A stretch of 64,000 bases of DNA from Antedon mediterranea (GCF_964355755.1 NC_092676.1:5495888-5559887), one strand, 5' to 3'; counted from the stretch's first letter, positions 23,601-38,600 are shown. The notes: generated by a model not told the origin, from the letters alone. Translations and numbers: made by a program.

Positions 23601-26600
23601 AAACAGCAAGCACACTCAGTGAGGCAAAGTAAGTTAAACAAAGTTAGTTTTGATACTGGATCCTAAGGTCAAATAAAAATCGTTTTTAAATACATTGCCT
23701 TTCTGAAATGAAAACGATAACTGTATATATATAAAATAAACTGTGCCTATTTTAAAAATTATCACCAAGCAGAAAATGTAGCTCAAACATGAATAGTCTG
23801 CCCCTCCTAGTTTTGTTCTAATGAAATTTATTTTTAATTTATTGTAATTTATTATTTGTCTGAGTCATACAAAATCGTTTTTTGTCTTTTGACGGCTTAG
23901 AAATCCAAACAGCATTCAAACTTTCTGTAAAGCTCTGTCTACACTAGTAGTTTGACAAAAAAAAAATGTGATGTGCCCAAATATGGTGGTGATATGCCTA
24001 AATATGTAGTGATATGACATCATCATGTCCATATATGGCCACATCACATTTTTTGTCACATAAAGTTTGATAGTGGAGACAGAACTTAAGGTCTCAGTAT
24101 TCAATTTTTACAAGTTCAAATGTCTTAAATTTTTTTTAACGGATGTTTTATTTTCTCCATTAGATCGACTCCAGTTGAAGAATTGGAGGAGAAATATACA
24201 AGGAATCTAACATCGTCTTTACTGGCCTTGAGGGAACTAATTACAATGTTATCTCCTGAAGAACTACCAAAGATATCAGAGCAATTGGAAAACATCCTCA
24301 TAAATAACAAATTCTGGAAATTTGTGAAACATCAAAAACCATCGGTAAGGACTTCAAAAGTTTTACTCGTAAAACCCACTTTTCAAACCCTTCCCCTTTC
24401 CAAATTATATTCCCCAATAACAAAATCTAACAAAAGAATGATGTTGGTATAGGCCAAACTTAGAACAAATTTTATTTACATTTTAACAATTATTTTATAC
24501 AGAAATTTAAATTTCAATATCTGCATAAAGTATTCTGATAAGACAGATTTTAACATATGACAGATTATAACCTACGACCTATGACATGTGCAGGGTGAAA
24601 GGTCATAATTATTTAACAGGTCATTTTATTTGTCATTAGATTCGTAGTGCATTTTACACAGTCATTGGAGCATACTGTGAACACATACCAGAAACCCTTG
24701 AGATATACCTCATGCGTTCATCTGTGAACGTTCTAGGCAACCTTGATGAGTCGGACCCTACAGTTGTGAGCTCCCTCTGGCATGCGGCCCTGCTTATCAT
24801 CACCACCTATCCGGTAAGTAAACCATTTGTTGGGCTTAGATGGTTTCTATAAATACTAATTATTTTGTCAGGAGTGATTTGTGATTCAACATCTTTTATT
24901 TATGTTCAATAGAATAAGTTTTTTATCTTTCAATCTTCCTCATTTTCAAGGAAGTCTTTATTAATGTTGATATAAGTTTGCGGTACACCACGTATGTTAG
25001 TTCTGAAAAGAACTGTTGAGTTTCTCAACGTTTCGATCAATATGCTTTGATAGTCCTCAGGAGTTCATTCTCACTCCTGAGGACGATCAAAGCATTGATC
25101 GAAACATCAAGAAACTCAACAGTTCTTTTCAAAACTAACATATGTGGTGTACCGCAAACTTATATCAACATTTGATTTCGCCATGCAAACCTTCCAACAA
25201 TATAAGTCTTTATTAAGTTATTTAAATTCAGAGTTATAATATAAACTAGATTTAATTCGTCACTATGACGAATTATAGGTTATATGCATTGATTTAAATA
25301 AAGATAATTGATTGATTTAAGATATTTTGATTGATTGATTTTCTCAGAATCTTTAGTTATTTATAATATATGATAGGATCTTGCTAACGCAAATACAATA
25401 GCCGGTATCATAATCCGATCAAAGATCCTTCTGCGTATATAATGTCATAAACCACATTTTGTGTTTTTAAATAAATTTCATTATAAATCATCTGTATAAT
25501 CTATACACTAAGAAATACAATTGAACAAACAATACGGATAATAAAAAAAAATCTTATTTTGTTTCGTTTCCCAAGGTGAGACTCGAACTCGTTACCTTAA
25601 ATGCTATAGACACGAGCAAAGACCACCGAGCCAGACACAACTGACTAAAAAATATGGAAATATTCCTCCGTGTATTTACTATGCAGTAACCACTTTGGTG
25701 CAGATAGATTATTACATACCGCAATGAATTATAATGTTTTACTATGATGACATCTTTAAAGATTTTTAAAAATGATGCACTGTCAAACTATATACTTTTA
25801 ACTTTAATATATGAACTTCTTAAGGAAGAAAGTTAATGTTAAGTTTGTTATTTCGGCCTAAGAAAATTGTATAATTTGTTTGATTGTCGAAATAAATTGT
25901 TGTAAATTTAATATGCCATTAATGATGACTTAATCAACTTTTGTTCTCTTAATTTCATAATAAATCATACATATGATACATACACTTCAAGAAAATGAAA
26001 TAAAAAATCGGTGTTCCCGAGCATTCTAACGATATATATTAATTTTAAAATTTAGCATATTTTCACCATTTTGTTAACTTACACGTGCGTAGCCTGTCAC
26101 TTTTGACGTACTCGTATAACGCTGTTTGGCGTTGAAAAGTTAATACAATATGATGATATTGTTAAAGAAAGGTTATACAACAGTAATTGGACAAAAACAG
26201 TGCGCAATAACGTTTGACGCGCAGTGCGCGTGCAAAAATCTGCGCACTTATGGCCATTTTTAAACGCTTAAAATTGCCTGAAACGTACTCTAATTTCATC
26301 GAAAATAAATTCTGACAATTTTGAACATTTTAAGCGCGCGTACGCATGCGTTATATGCGCTACGCACGTAATTGTATTGCCATATGATGAAATATGACCT
26401 GAAATTTATGAGTACCAAATTTTGTTTAAAAGTGATTCATGCTTGTGAAGATATGATTACAAACGGGATTTCGTTAAATTGCGCGTAGACCGCGTAATGT
26501 TTGATTGCGCACCGTGAAAACATAACCACATCGATTCCTGGCCATAAGGAATATACTCTGAAAAATTGACTTAGTTAGATGAAACTGATATCAAGATAAT

Positions 26601-29600
26601 TGACGGACAAATAGTGCTAAGGAAAGAATAAATAAATAAACTAGATTTAATTCGTCACTATGACGAATTATAGGTTATATGCATTGATTTAAATCAAGAT
26701 AATTGATTTTTAAAAGATATATTGATTGATTGATTTTCTCAGAATCTTTAATTATTTATAATATATGATAGGACCTTGCTAACGCGAACACCATAGCCGG
26801 TATCACAATCCGATCAAAGATCCATATGCGTATAATGTCATAAACCACATTTGTTGTTACATAATAATAAAGACATAAGTTAATTTTTATCTAGATTTCA
26901 TTATAAATCATGTGTATAATCTATACACTAAGAAATAAATTTGAACAAACAATACGGATAATAAAAAAAAAAATCTTATTTCGTTTCCCAAGGTGAGACT
27001 CGATCTCGGTACCTTGAATGCCATAGACACGAGCACAGACCACCGAGCCGTACACAACTGACTAAAAGTTGTAGACAAATTCCTCCGTGTATTTACTATG
27101 CAGTAACCACTTTGATGCAAATAGATTATTACATACCGAAATGAATTATAATTTTTTACTATGATGACATCTTTAAAATGTATACAAATGATGCACTGTC
27201 AAACTACATACTTTTAACTTTAATATATGAATTTTTGAAGGAAGAAAGTTAATGTTAAGTTTGTTATTTTGGCATAAGAAAATGTCATAATTTGTTTGAT
27301 TGTCGAAATTATTTTTTTAAAATTTAATATGCAATTAATGATGACTTAATCAACTTTTGTTCTCTTTATTTGATAATAAATCATACATATGATACATACA
27401 CTTCAAGAAAATGAAATAAAAAATAGGTGTTCCCCTGCATTCTGACGATATATATTAATTTTAAAATTTAGCATATTTTCACCATTTTGTTAACTTATAC
27501 GTGCGTAGCCAGTCACTTTTGACGTGCTCGTATAACGCAATTTCGAGTTGAAACCTGAATCAAATATGATGATATTATTAAAGAAAGATTGTAAAACAGA
27601 AATCGGGCAAAAAGAGTGCGCATTAACGTTTAACGCGCAGTGCGCGTGCAAAAATCTGCGCACTCATGGCATTTTTTTAAACGCTTAAAATTGCCTGAAA
27701 CGTACTCTAATTTCATCGAAAATAAATTTTGACAATTTTGAACATTTTAAGCGCGCGTACGCAAGCGTTATATGCGCTACGCACGTAATTTCATTGCCAT
27801 ATGATGAAATATGACCTGAAATTTATGAGTACCAAATTTTGTTTAATTGTGATTCATGCTTGTGAAGATATGATTACAAACGTGATTTCGTAAAATCGCG
27901 CGTAGACCGCGTAATTTTTGATTACGCATCGTGAAAATATAACGACATCGATTCCTGGCCATGAGGAATATACTCTGAAAACTTGACTTAGCTAGATTAA
28001 ACTGATGCCAAGATAATGCACGGACAAAATAGTGCTAAGGAAAGAATAAATAAACTAGATTTAATTCGTCACTATGACGAATTATAGGTTATATGCATTG
28101 ATTTAAATCAAGATAATTGATTTTTAAAAGATATATTGATTGATTGATTTTCTCAGAATCTTTAATTATTTATAATATATGATAGGACCTTGCTAACGCG
28201 AACACCATAGCCGGTATCACAATCCGATCAAAGATCCATATGCGTATAATGTCATAAACCACATTTGTTGTTACATAATAATAAAGACATAAGTTAATTT
28301 TTATCTAGATTTCATTATAAATCATGTGTATAATCTATACACTAAGAAATAAATTTGAACAAACAATACGGATAATAAAAAAAAAAATCTTATTTCGTTT
28401 CCCAAGGTGAGACTCGATCTCGGTACCTTGAATGCCATAGACACGAGCAAAGACCACCGAGCCGTACACAACTGACTAAAAGTTGTAGACAAATTCCTCC
28501 GTGTATTTACTATGCAGTAACCACTTTGATGCAAATAGATTATTACATACCGAAATGAATTATAATTTTTTACTATGATGACATCTTTAAAATGTATACA
28601 AATGATGCACTGTCAAACTACATACTTTTAACTTTAATATATGAATTTTTGAAGGAAGAAAGTTAATGTTAAGTTTGTTATTTTGGCATAAGAAAATGTC
28701 ATAATTTGTTTGATTGTCAAAATTATTTTTTTAAAATTTAATATGCAATTAATGATGACTTAATCAACTTTTGTTCTCTTTATTTGATAATAAATCATAC
28801 ATATGATACATACACTTCAAGAAAATGAAATAAAAAATAGGTGTTCCCCTGCATTCTGACGATATATATTAATTTTAAAATTTAGCATATTTTCACCATT
28901 TTGTTAACTTATACGTGCGTAGCCAGTCACTTTTGACGTGCTCGTATAACGCAATTTCGAGTTGAAACCTGAATCAAATATGATGATATTATTAAAGAAA
29001 GATTGTAAAACAGAAATCGGGCAAAAAGAGTGCGCATTAACGTTTAACGCGCAGTGCGCGTGCAAAAATCTGCGCACTCATGGCATTTTTTTAAACGCTT
29101 AAAATTGCCTGAAACGTACTCTAATTTCATCGAAAATAAATTTTGACAATTTTGAACATTTTAAGCGCGCGTACGCAAGCGTTATATGCGCTACGCACGT
29201 AATTTCATTGCCATATGATGAAATATGACCTGAAATTTATGAGTACCAAATTTTGTTTAATTGTGATTCATGCTTGTGAAGATATGATTACAAACGTGAT
29301 TTCGTAAAATCGCGCGTAGACCGCGTAATTTTTGATTACGCATCGTGAAAATATAACGACATCGATTCCTGGCCATGAGGAATATACTCTGAAAACTTGA
29401 CTTAGCTAGATTAAACTGATGCCAAGATAATGCACGGACAAAATAGTGCTAAGGAAAGAATAAATAAATAAATAAATAAATAAATAAAGATTTTGACAGA
29501 ATCAAGAGGTTATATGCATATCATGCATATAACCTAATAAACAAGATCTTCACTTACTATATTCAACAATCACCCTTATTGGTGGTAGGCAACGTGTTAT

Positions 29601-32600
29601 AACACATGGCATAGTAGGCCTATTTGTTTGTTGATACGATTATTTAATGGTTTGTATACGTCGAGATAACGTGTGATTATGACTATGAATGTTAAGAACA
29701 GTTAAAGAAGAAATACACCTAATGTGCTTTGTAATCATCATCACCATGCTTCAACATCAACAATACAAGCATCATCTCAATCTTTAATTTAACCGTCATA
29801 ATCATTCCAGATTCCAATTTAAAGAAATAACAATAATATACTGATAAACGCAATAATCTTTATCAAATATTTATTTCTTCATACAAAATCATTACGAATA
29901 ATGTGAGCATTGTTGTGACAGGATTAATTGATGTCACAAGAAACTGACAATTTTAACATTATTTTTACTTTTTTATTTGCCTCTGGGTAACAATGAAAAA
30001 CGTGGAAAAAAGTATGTTAACTAGGTTGAAAACGATAGAATCAAAATAATGGTTTTATTAAATAAAAATGTTATGTTGTTTTTTTCTTTATTTATTTAAT
30101 CACACTATTGTTTACAAGACCAGGCTTATGGATGAACAGATATATAAAATAACAATTGAAATACTAGATTTAATTCGTCACTATGACGAATTATAGGTTA
30201 TATGCATTGATTTTAATAAAGATAATTGATTTTTAAAAGATATTTTGATTCATTGATTTTCTCAGATTCTTTAATTATTTATAATATATGATAGGACCTT
30301 GCTAACGCGAATACAATAGCCGGTATCACAATCCGATCAAAGATCCCTCTGCGTATAATGTCATAAACCACATTTGCTGTTACATAATAATAAAGACATA
30401 AGTTATTTTTTATCTAGATTTCATTATAAATCATGTGTATAATATATACACTAAGAAATAAATTTGAACAAACAATACGGATAATAAAAAAAAATCTTAT
30501 TTCGTTTCCCAAGGTGAGACTCGATCTCGGTACCTTGAGTGCCATAGACACGAGCACACACCACCGAGCCATACACAACTGTCTAAAAATTGTAGAAAAA
30601 TTCCTCCGTGTATTTACTATGCAGTAACCACTTTGGTGCAGATAGATTATTACATACCGCAATGAATTATAATTTTTTACTATGATGACATCTCTAAAAA
30701 TGTACAAAAATGATGCACTGTCAAACTATATACTTTTAACTTTAATATATGAACTTTTGGAGGAAGAAAGTTAATGTTAAGTTTGTTATTTTGGCCTAAG
30801 AAAATGTCATAATTTGTTTGATTGTCGAAATGAATTTTTTTTAATTTAATATGCAATTAATTATGGCTTAATCAACTTTTGTTCCCTTAGTTTAATAATA
30901 AATCATACATAAGATACATACACTTCAAGAAAATGAAATAAAAAATATGTGTTCCCGAGCATTCTGACGATCTATATTAATTTTAAAATTTAGCATATTT
31001 TCACCATTTTGTTAACTTACACGTGCGTAGCCTGTCACTTTTGACGTGCTCGTATAAGGCAATTACGCGTTGAAAAGTGAATAAAATATGATGATATTAT
31101 TAAAGAAAGGTTGTACAACCGAAATCGGACAAAAAGAGTGCGCATTAACGTATAACGCGCAGTGCGCGTGCAAAAATCTGCGCACTCATGGCAATTTTTT
31201 AAACGCTTAAAATTGCCTGAAACGTACTCTAATTTCATCGAAAATAAATTTTGACAATTTTGAACATTTTAAGCGCGCGTACGCAAGCGTTATATGCGCT
31301 ACGCACGTAATAGTATTGCCATATGATGAAATATGACCTGAAATTTATGAGTACCAAATTTTGTTTAATTGTGATTCATGCTTGTGAAGATATGATTACA
31401 AACGTGATTTCGTAAAATCGCGCGTAGACCGCGTAATTTTTGATTACGCATCGTGAAAATATAACCACATCGATTCCTGGCCATAAGGAATATACTCTAA
31501 AAAATTGACTTAGATAGATGAAACTGATATCAAGATAATTCACGGACAAAATAGTGCTAAGGAAAGAATAAATAAATAAATAAATAAAGATTTTGACAGA
31601 ATCAAGAGGTTATATGCATGATAATGCATATAACCTAATAATAATTTGTATCTATTCAGAAATGTTGGTCCCATGTTAATATGCGGAAGGCTGTCCTACC
31701 AAAGCTGTGGGTGTTACTAAAGTCTGGAGGTAAAGGTTCAGCGACGGTTATTTATCCTAACTTACTCCCCCTGCTGAGTCAACTACCTGCTGCTACTTTT
31801 GGACAAGGCATTGGGTTCTTCCAAGAGTTCTTTGGAAATATGAAAACAGGGTATGTTGTATTATTAGTAGGCGTGTTGCCGTATTCACCAATTACACTTA
31901 AGTGAAATATTTCCCTTAAGTACAAATTATAAATATTTTGGATTTCACTTAAAGATGTATTGTCCCTCAAAAACATGAAAAATGAAGATTAATAAAATCG
32001 GACTTTAATTAGGCCATTTTGCAGTTTTAATAAAGTTATTCACAAAAAAAAACAAAATAATTATTTCACATCATTTTTTTCCCGATATAGTGTTTGGTCA
32101 AAGTGAGTAACTATTACTATTAAAATGGCATATTAAAAAAAAAAATCGAAAAAATATTTTTAGGAGGACAATATATCTTTAAGTGGTATTTACTTTTTAA
32201 GTTTTAAATTGTTTTCCTATATACTTTTAAATCATTGTTTTTCAGTTTGATATTGGAGACTGTCCGTAGAAGTTCTTGTGAAACGTCCAGTATCGTACAA
32301 GCCTTAATGGAATGTGTGCGTTATTGCATCATCCAAAACTTGGGAAACTCCGAAAATTGCATAGCCATTCAAGACTATCTAGTCAACGAACAGGTACGGT
32401 ATATTCCGTCGCATCCAATCTGGGAAAATATTACATAGCCTATGTAAATACGCGAACGTGATTGGTTAAAACTGCATCACATGACTACCGCTGCGAGGAT
32501 CGTAAATCGTATATATCCTCGAGAACGATGATATTGACTGTGTAATTTTCGCGTAATTATCGTGTCCCCTGTCATTAATCATATAAATTCTCGAGTACGA

Positions 32601-35600
32601 TGATATTGATTGTGTAATTTTCGTGTGCAACATAGCGCCCTCATTTGTTATTAGTCCACCCTAAATGTGATGAAACACCGTTTGTGATTGGTCAATACTC
32701 ACGGTAGTAACCTAGTAACTAGTACGCGCTGAACATCCTGTGATTCTTCGGCTTCTCGAAGAGAAGAAAACGAATTGTTTATTCGGCCTACCTGATTATA
32801 ATATTATTATTAATAGGCTTATTGATGGAAATTCTTCTGTTAATTTAAACGACCTACGCCTAAGTGAATATTTTATTGCCAAGGAATCATTAATTAGTAA
32901 TTATCTGTATATTATTCTTCGCAAGGTAAGGTGTCTAGGCAGGCTTGTTTAAATACAATACAAATACTATAGGAGGCCTAGCCTAGCTTCACCCAACCCA
33001 GCAGACTTGTTCTTGGCTATATAATATAACAGATATTGCCTTTTATATCGGTTAAATATAAGATTTGACATCCCCTCGGGAATGATATTAAGTTCTCGGG
33101 GAATATATATTTCCCTCAGCTGGCGCTTCTTATCTTATATTTAACCTCTAAGCAGTCAATATCTGTATAATAACAATTCTAGTAATTCTATGTGCACTAT
33201 ACTTATCTTTATTCTTCAATGTAAGCGGGAAAAAATATAAAATAGACTTATTTATGTACCCGAATAAGTTTTCTAAATTAATTTCTCCATTTTTGTTTTC
33301 AAGTCACGATTATGGCGCTTAAAGTAAAAATGTCAATATTTGGCAATAATAGTTTCTAGTGAATAGTCATATCTGGTACCAAGGTTTTTAAAATTTTACC
33401 TCCACTCACAATAGGTAATGCTTGAGGCTACAAGTCGGAATCCTTTTTAATAGTAATTATTTATTTAATAATAATTTTCCTGTTTTAGGTCATGCCACTG
33501 CTAGAGGAGTCAATGACACAAAGTACCAAACTCGCATCCACCTCACTTTACCCACAAACCTCTAGTCTAATCCACCGTTTGCATAAATCCAACGAAGACA
33601 AACACATTAACGACTCTTGCAAGCGTATTCTGAATTCGGTTTGGGGAAAACTCGCTGAATGCTGTCTAAAGCAGATATGCTCCGAGGATCCGTCTTTGAA
33701 AAACTTAGAAAACATCTCAACCGTCCTATCACAAATTCGGTCTCCTCTCGAAAGAAAGACATCTGAAAAGCGGAAAATACATGTTACGTTTTCAGATTCT
33801 ACAACGTCGTTGGAATCGTCAGATGTTACACAAGTAGATGATGAATTAACTGAGAAAGACTTAAAAGCACAGAAGGATGAAACAGACTCGAAAATCGCAA
33901 ATTCAACATCAAATGAAAAAATGGAAGATGACCAAATGAATGAGTTAGTCGCGAAATTATGTTCTGCGAGTTATAAACTTGCTAAAGAACAGAATTCCGC
34001 CGAACATTGTTTTTTCTTCTCTAAAATCCTTTCTGAATTTTCAAGCCCCGATTTATTTAAAACTCTTACGCATTTGGTACCTTGCGACGATAGTAGTACT
34101 AAAAGCAAAGCGTACCAGTTTATAGACAAAGCCATTCTTCCGTGGATAAACGATGTTCTTGCCGTCACGGGGAAATGCAACCTTTGTCAAAACTTGGTAG
34201 ATGCTCTGTTTTCTGTGATGAAACTTTGCTCATGTGAAGAACAGAGAGAGGTGTTGGGTAACTTGTGTTGCCTGGATAAGAGTATAGTGCCATTGTATTT
34301 GGCTGTGAAGAAGGTAGGTGAAGCTGTTGGATAGGTTTACTTTAAGGCTTCCTGTCTATCTATGTGCAATTCAAAGAGTACTTTTGGCATAAAATGTGTG
34401 CATTTATACATGCCATAAGATTCTATTGATGACCAAGAGATCTTTAATCAAATTCAAAAACCGTTATTGTCCAATATTCCTAAACACAGAAATAAAATTG
34501 GAAATGTGTTGTTTGATACATTACTAAAGCTCTGTATACACTATCAAACTAGTTCGACAAAAAAAGTGTGCCCAAATATGGTAGTGATATGCTTAAATAT
34601 GGTAGTGATATGACATCATCATGTCCATATATATACATACACTTTTTTTGTCACACAAATTTTATAGTGTAGACAGAGCTTTAAACCTGTTTATACAATT
34701 ATTTAGTAAGTTTTTTTTGTAATCATACACACTGTTTATTGCAGAGACTGCCTCATAAGCTGCTATGAAACAAACTAAAATCATATTGCAGTTTAAAAAT
34801 ATAGTTACTGCAGTAACTACAGTAGAATAATGATCCCTAATGCAGAATAGGTTTTGTGTTTAATATACACAAGTATTTTTCACATTATTTTTAGATTGTT
34901 ATTAGTAAGGATGTACACATCCAATCATGGACAAGAAGTACTGTATTTGGTGATAAGTTAACATCACTTGCTGGCAGCCTATGTGGTGATAGCAAAGTGA
35001 TAACGAAAGAGGAAGAAATTTCTGATGGCTGGAAATTAATATCACTTGGGCTATCAACAAATAAGAATCGAGGTAAAAGGTGTTGTTTGGTTTGCACACA
35101 GTCATTCAAAAATAAATGATGTATATTCTAGTTCTTTTATTCACATAAAAAATTACATATAAACAAAAATATAGATTCATAACGTATGACCCCAACAATT
35201 TTGAAAAGTTGGACGTTGAATAGAACCATTGAATAGTTTTTTTTATGTATGAAAAAATGCCATGTGATACAAAATCAACCAATCAAATACAAGTTGAATC
35301 ATTATCGCATCATTATTTTTTTAGATCCAATACTTGATGATCTTTATACTGATCGACTAATTAAAGTGATTTGTAAGCTGTTACAGGATTTGATCACCAC
35401 CCCATCTGATGTTACTACACCCTTACAAGACGATCCGTCTACCTCCTCTGCTGTCGAACGTGAATCTGAAGATATTGTTCATCTAAAAAATATGCCGCAT
35501 TCTCTTACCTATATATGTGAAACAATCTTTAATTTCTTCAAATCCTCAAAGGTATGTGTATAAAATGTAACAGCTATTGATACTCATTATTTATGATGTA

Positions 35601-38600
35601 TATTTGTGTCATATAATGGAAATGATTTGATTTCTTTAGGAACTTGTTTAAACTTGGTTCCCACTAGCGACGCAACCTTTACGCAACATAAGAAGATTCC
35701 CGTCCAATAATCATTCTTTCCCCCACCTGTGTGGAATCAAACCAGCGATATTTGCAGCACTGTTGCGTCGTCGGTTCCCACTTGTGATTACGCAATACAA
35801 CACTTTGTGTCAATAGGTCGTTGCGTTACTAGTGGGAACCACACTTTAGATAAATTGACTGCTTTTTTTTGTGTAAGTTTTGTTATCTACATTAAACTTT
35901 CCAAAAAATGTTTTTATCAAACCAGGGAAGAGTTAAATTTAATTTAATTTAACTCTTCCCTGATGTAACATTTGTAGACAAGAAGGAGACACACCATCAA
36001 ATGTCAACGTTTTTGTGACAAAAAAATATGATGTGGCCATATATGGACATGATAATGTCATATCACTACCATATTTGGGTACATCACATTACTTTTTTTG
36101 TCAAACTAGTTTGATAGTGTGGACAGAGTTTTAGACAAGGATTTTATATTTCAAATTGCTTTTTTTTAAACATTTTGCAGAACTGTTTTCTGGTCTCAGC
36201 TTCAGAAGATGTGCTCTTAAAAGTGTTCCAAATTAGCTGTCTGAAAGGGGATGATTTGTCTGGTATATAATTCATTTTGTGTTATTTGATTTCTCATATT
36301 TAAGATGTATTGCCCACAAAAGCATGGACAAAAATGAATATTAATTTAAACAAATTTTAAATAGGAAAATTTGCAGTTTTAATTATTTTAACCACTTCCG
36401 TAGAAAAAAAGATTAAAACATTTTGTTTTCACTTATAAAAAGAGAAAATAAATGGTTAAAAATCTAACTGAAAAACCATTGACTCCAGTCAATTTGACTA
36501 TTTTTGCATTTTATTACAGTTTTTTCAGGTACTTTTTTTTTTTTTATCCATTTTATTTTTAAATCTATATTAAAAATATGTGACATCTGCACCCCAATGA
36601 TTATGATAATATTGATTTTAAAAAAACATTGCAGAGTATAATGTATAATGCTCAGTAATGGTTGTCGTATTTCTAACTTTCTGAATTTCATAATTTATTT
36701 GATTTGATAGGTGATTTGATGGAGAAAGTTCAAAATACATGGATGTATGGAATCACATCTTTAGTTGAAAATAAAAAGTACTTCTCAAATGCCCAAAACT
36801 TTCTACACAAGCTCGCAGGGTGGATAAAAGTTAATCTCATGAAATCTTCATCGCTAGTAGACAGGTAATGTTAGTCATACAAAATAAGCTTACTACCTCC
36901 AAATAAAGACCAATTTAATGTCCAGGATTTTAGTTGTTTTATCAACGGGTAATGTTTACACTATAGAATAAGCTTACTATTTCCAAATAAAGACCAGCTA
37001 GTGCTTTAGTTGTTTTTGGACAGGTAAAGTTTACACTATAAAATAGTCTTACTACCTCCAAATAAAGACCAGTTTAAAGCTAGTGTTTTGGTTTTTGGAC
37101 AGGAAATTGTTGCAATATGCAATGCACTTTCAATGTAGACGCACTATGAAATACACTTACTACCTCCAAATAAAGACCATGTTTAGAATAAGGGTTTTAC
37201 TGGTTTCATGTGCTAAAAAAAAAAAAATAGAAACTCTGGGTTTTTTTATGGTTTTTTCTTGGACCACACCGCATATTGTGAGTGCCACCGATTCAATAAA
37301 TAAATAAACAATATTTCTCTTTTTGGCACTATTCCAATTAAATCTCAAAAGTAAAATAAAGATCTTCTTTAGATCTACTACAATAGCCAATGCAACCAGT
37401 CTTGTTTATCAAGTTCTTAACGAGAACATAAACCAGGATTGTGAAGACATACAGATGACTGGTGGTGAGTTCTTGCAGCTTATACTGCCAACTAAAGAAG
37501 AATGGAATGGTTGTAGAAGAAGTCTTCCTCTTCAGGTATGGCAATAATGTCATTTAAAAATGTTTTTTTTTGTCATTTATGGGCTTGTCCTACTTTTATT
37601 TAAAATATATCTCTCTATATAAACATCACAGGCACAGAATATGTATATTCTGATGTATTATTAAAATTAAAAGACTGTATCTGATTAAAATTGTGAAAAA
37701 CTAAAATGATCAGCATTTTTGTGCTATGTTCGATTTTAACTCAATATTACCGTCTCACAGTGGAAAGAAAATTTGACAATGCAAGGAGATTTGATGCTAA
37801 TAAACGCCAACGAAAAACTACCAGAAACATTCCAAGATGATGTCCCAAACCAAATTATGCTGTCCGTATTCCTGGCAACACTTTTAACCATTCAGCCGCA
37901 GCTAGAAGAGGACAACGTACTGGAATATGAGGAAGTACGCGTTGACAGAATTCCGTCAAAGAAAGATGCAGATGAAACAATTAGTAAAGAAAGATCTGAA
38001 AGTAAATTGCCAGAACAAGAGACTCTTTCAAAAGAAGATTCAGAAGCAGTTACTGCTGGAGAGTCTTCTGGAAATGTACAGCCAAAGAAAGATGTCAGTG
38101 AAAGAGAAGATCCTATTTCTGCAGAGTCTTCCAACAATGGGCAGTCTTCTGACAATAGAGAGTCTTCTGACAATGTACAGCCAAAGAACGATGTCAGTGA
38201 AAGAGAAGATGCTATTTCTGCAGAGTCTTCTAACAATGGGCAGTCTTCTGACAATGGAGAGTCTTCTGACAATGTACAGCCAAAAAATGAAAGAGAAGAT
38301 GCTATTTCTGCAGAGTCTTCTAAAAGTATGCTTCCTTGGAATTTTGACAAAATGGAAGATTACATACTAGAAGTTGTCTACTCAATGCAGTGGAGTTTGG
38401 CTATAAGCAATAGTGAACAACTGGTTTGTATATTCCTTCAGGATAGTATCAATTTTAATCCATTTTTTTCTGTTGAGGATTTGAGTCGTTTTGAGCAAAC
38501 TGTCTAGATATACTCTTTAAATTATAGAAGTTATATGATGTAATGGTATACAAATAATGAAGGTTTATGAATGCGATAGTGCAGATAATTTCATGAGGTG

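Noticed and set aside
26908-30707. Recurrent [16 protein letters not shown]…
   Set aside because: It lies in the non-autonomous repeat, has no transposase or helicase motif, and recurs only because the DNA is repeated.
37892-38370. Overlapping 152-aa and 147-aa ORFs
   Set aside because: They are alternative-frame and antisense readings of the repetitive LTN1 exon 16.
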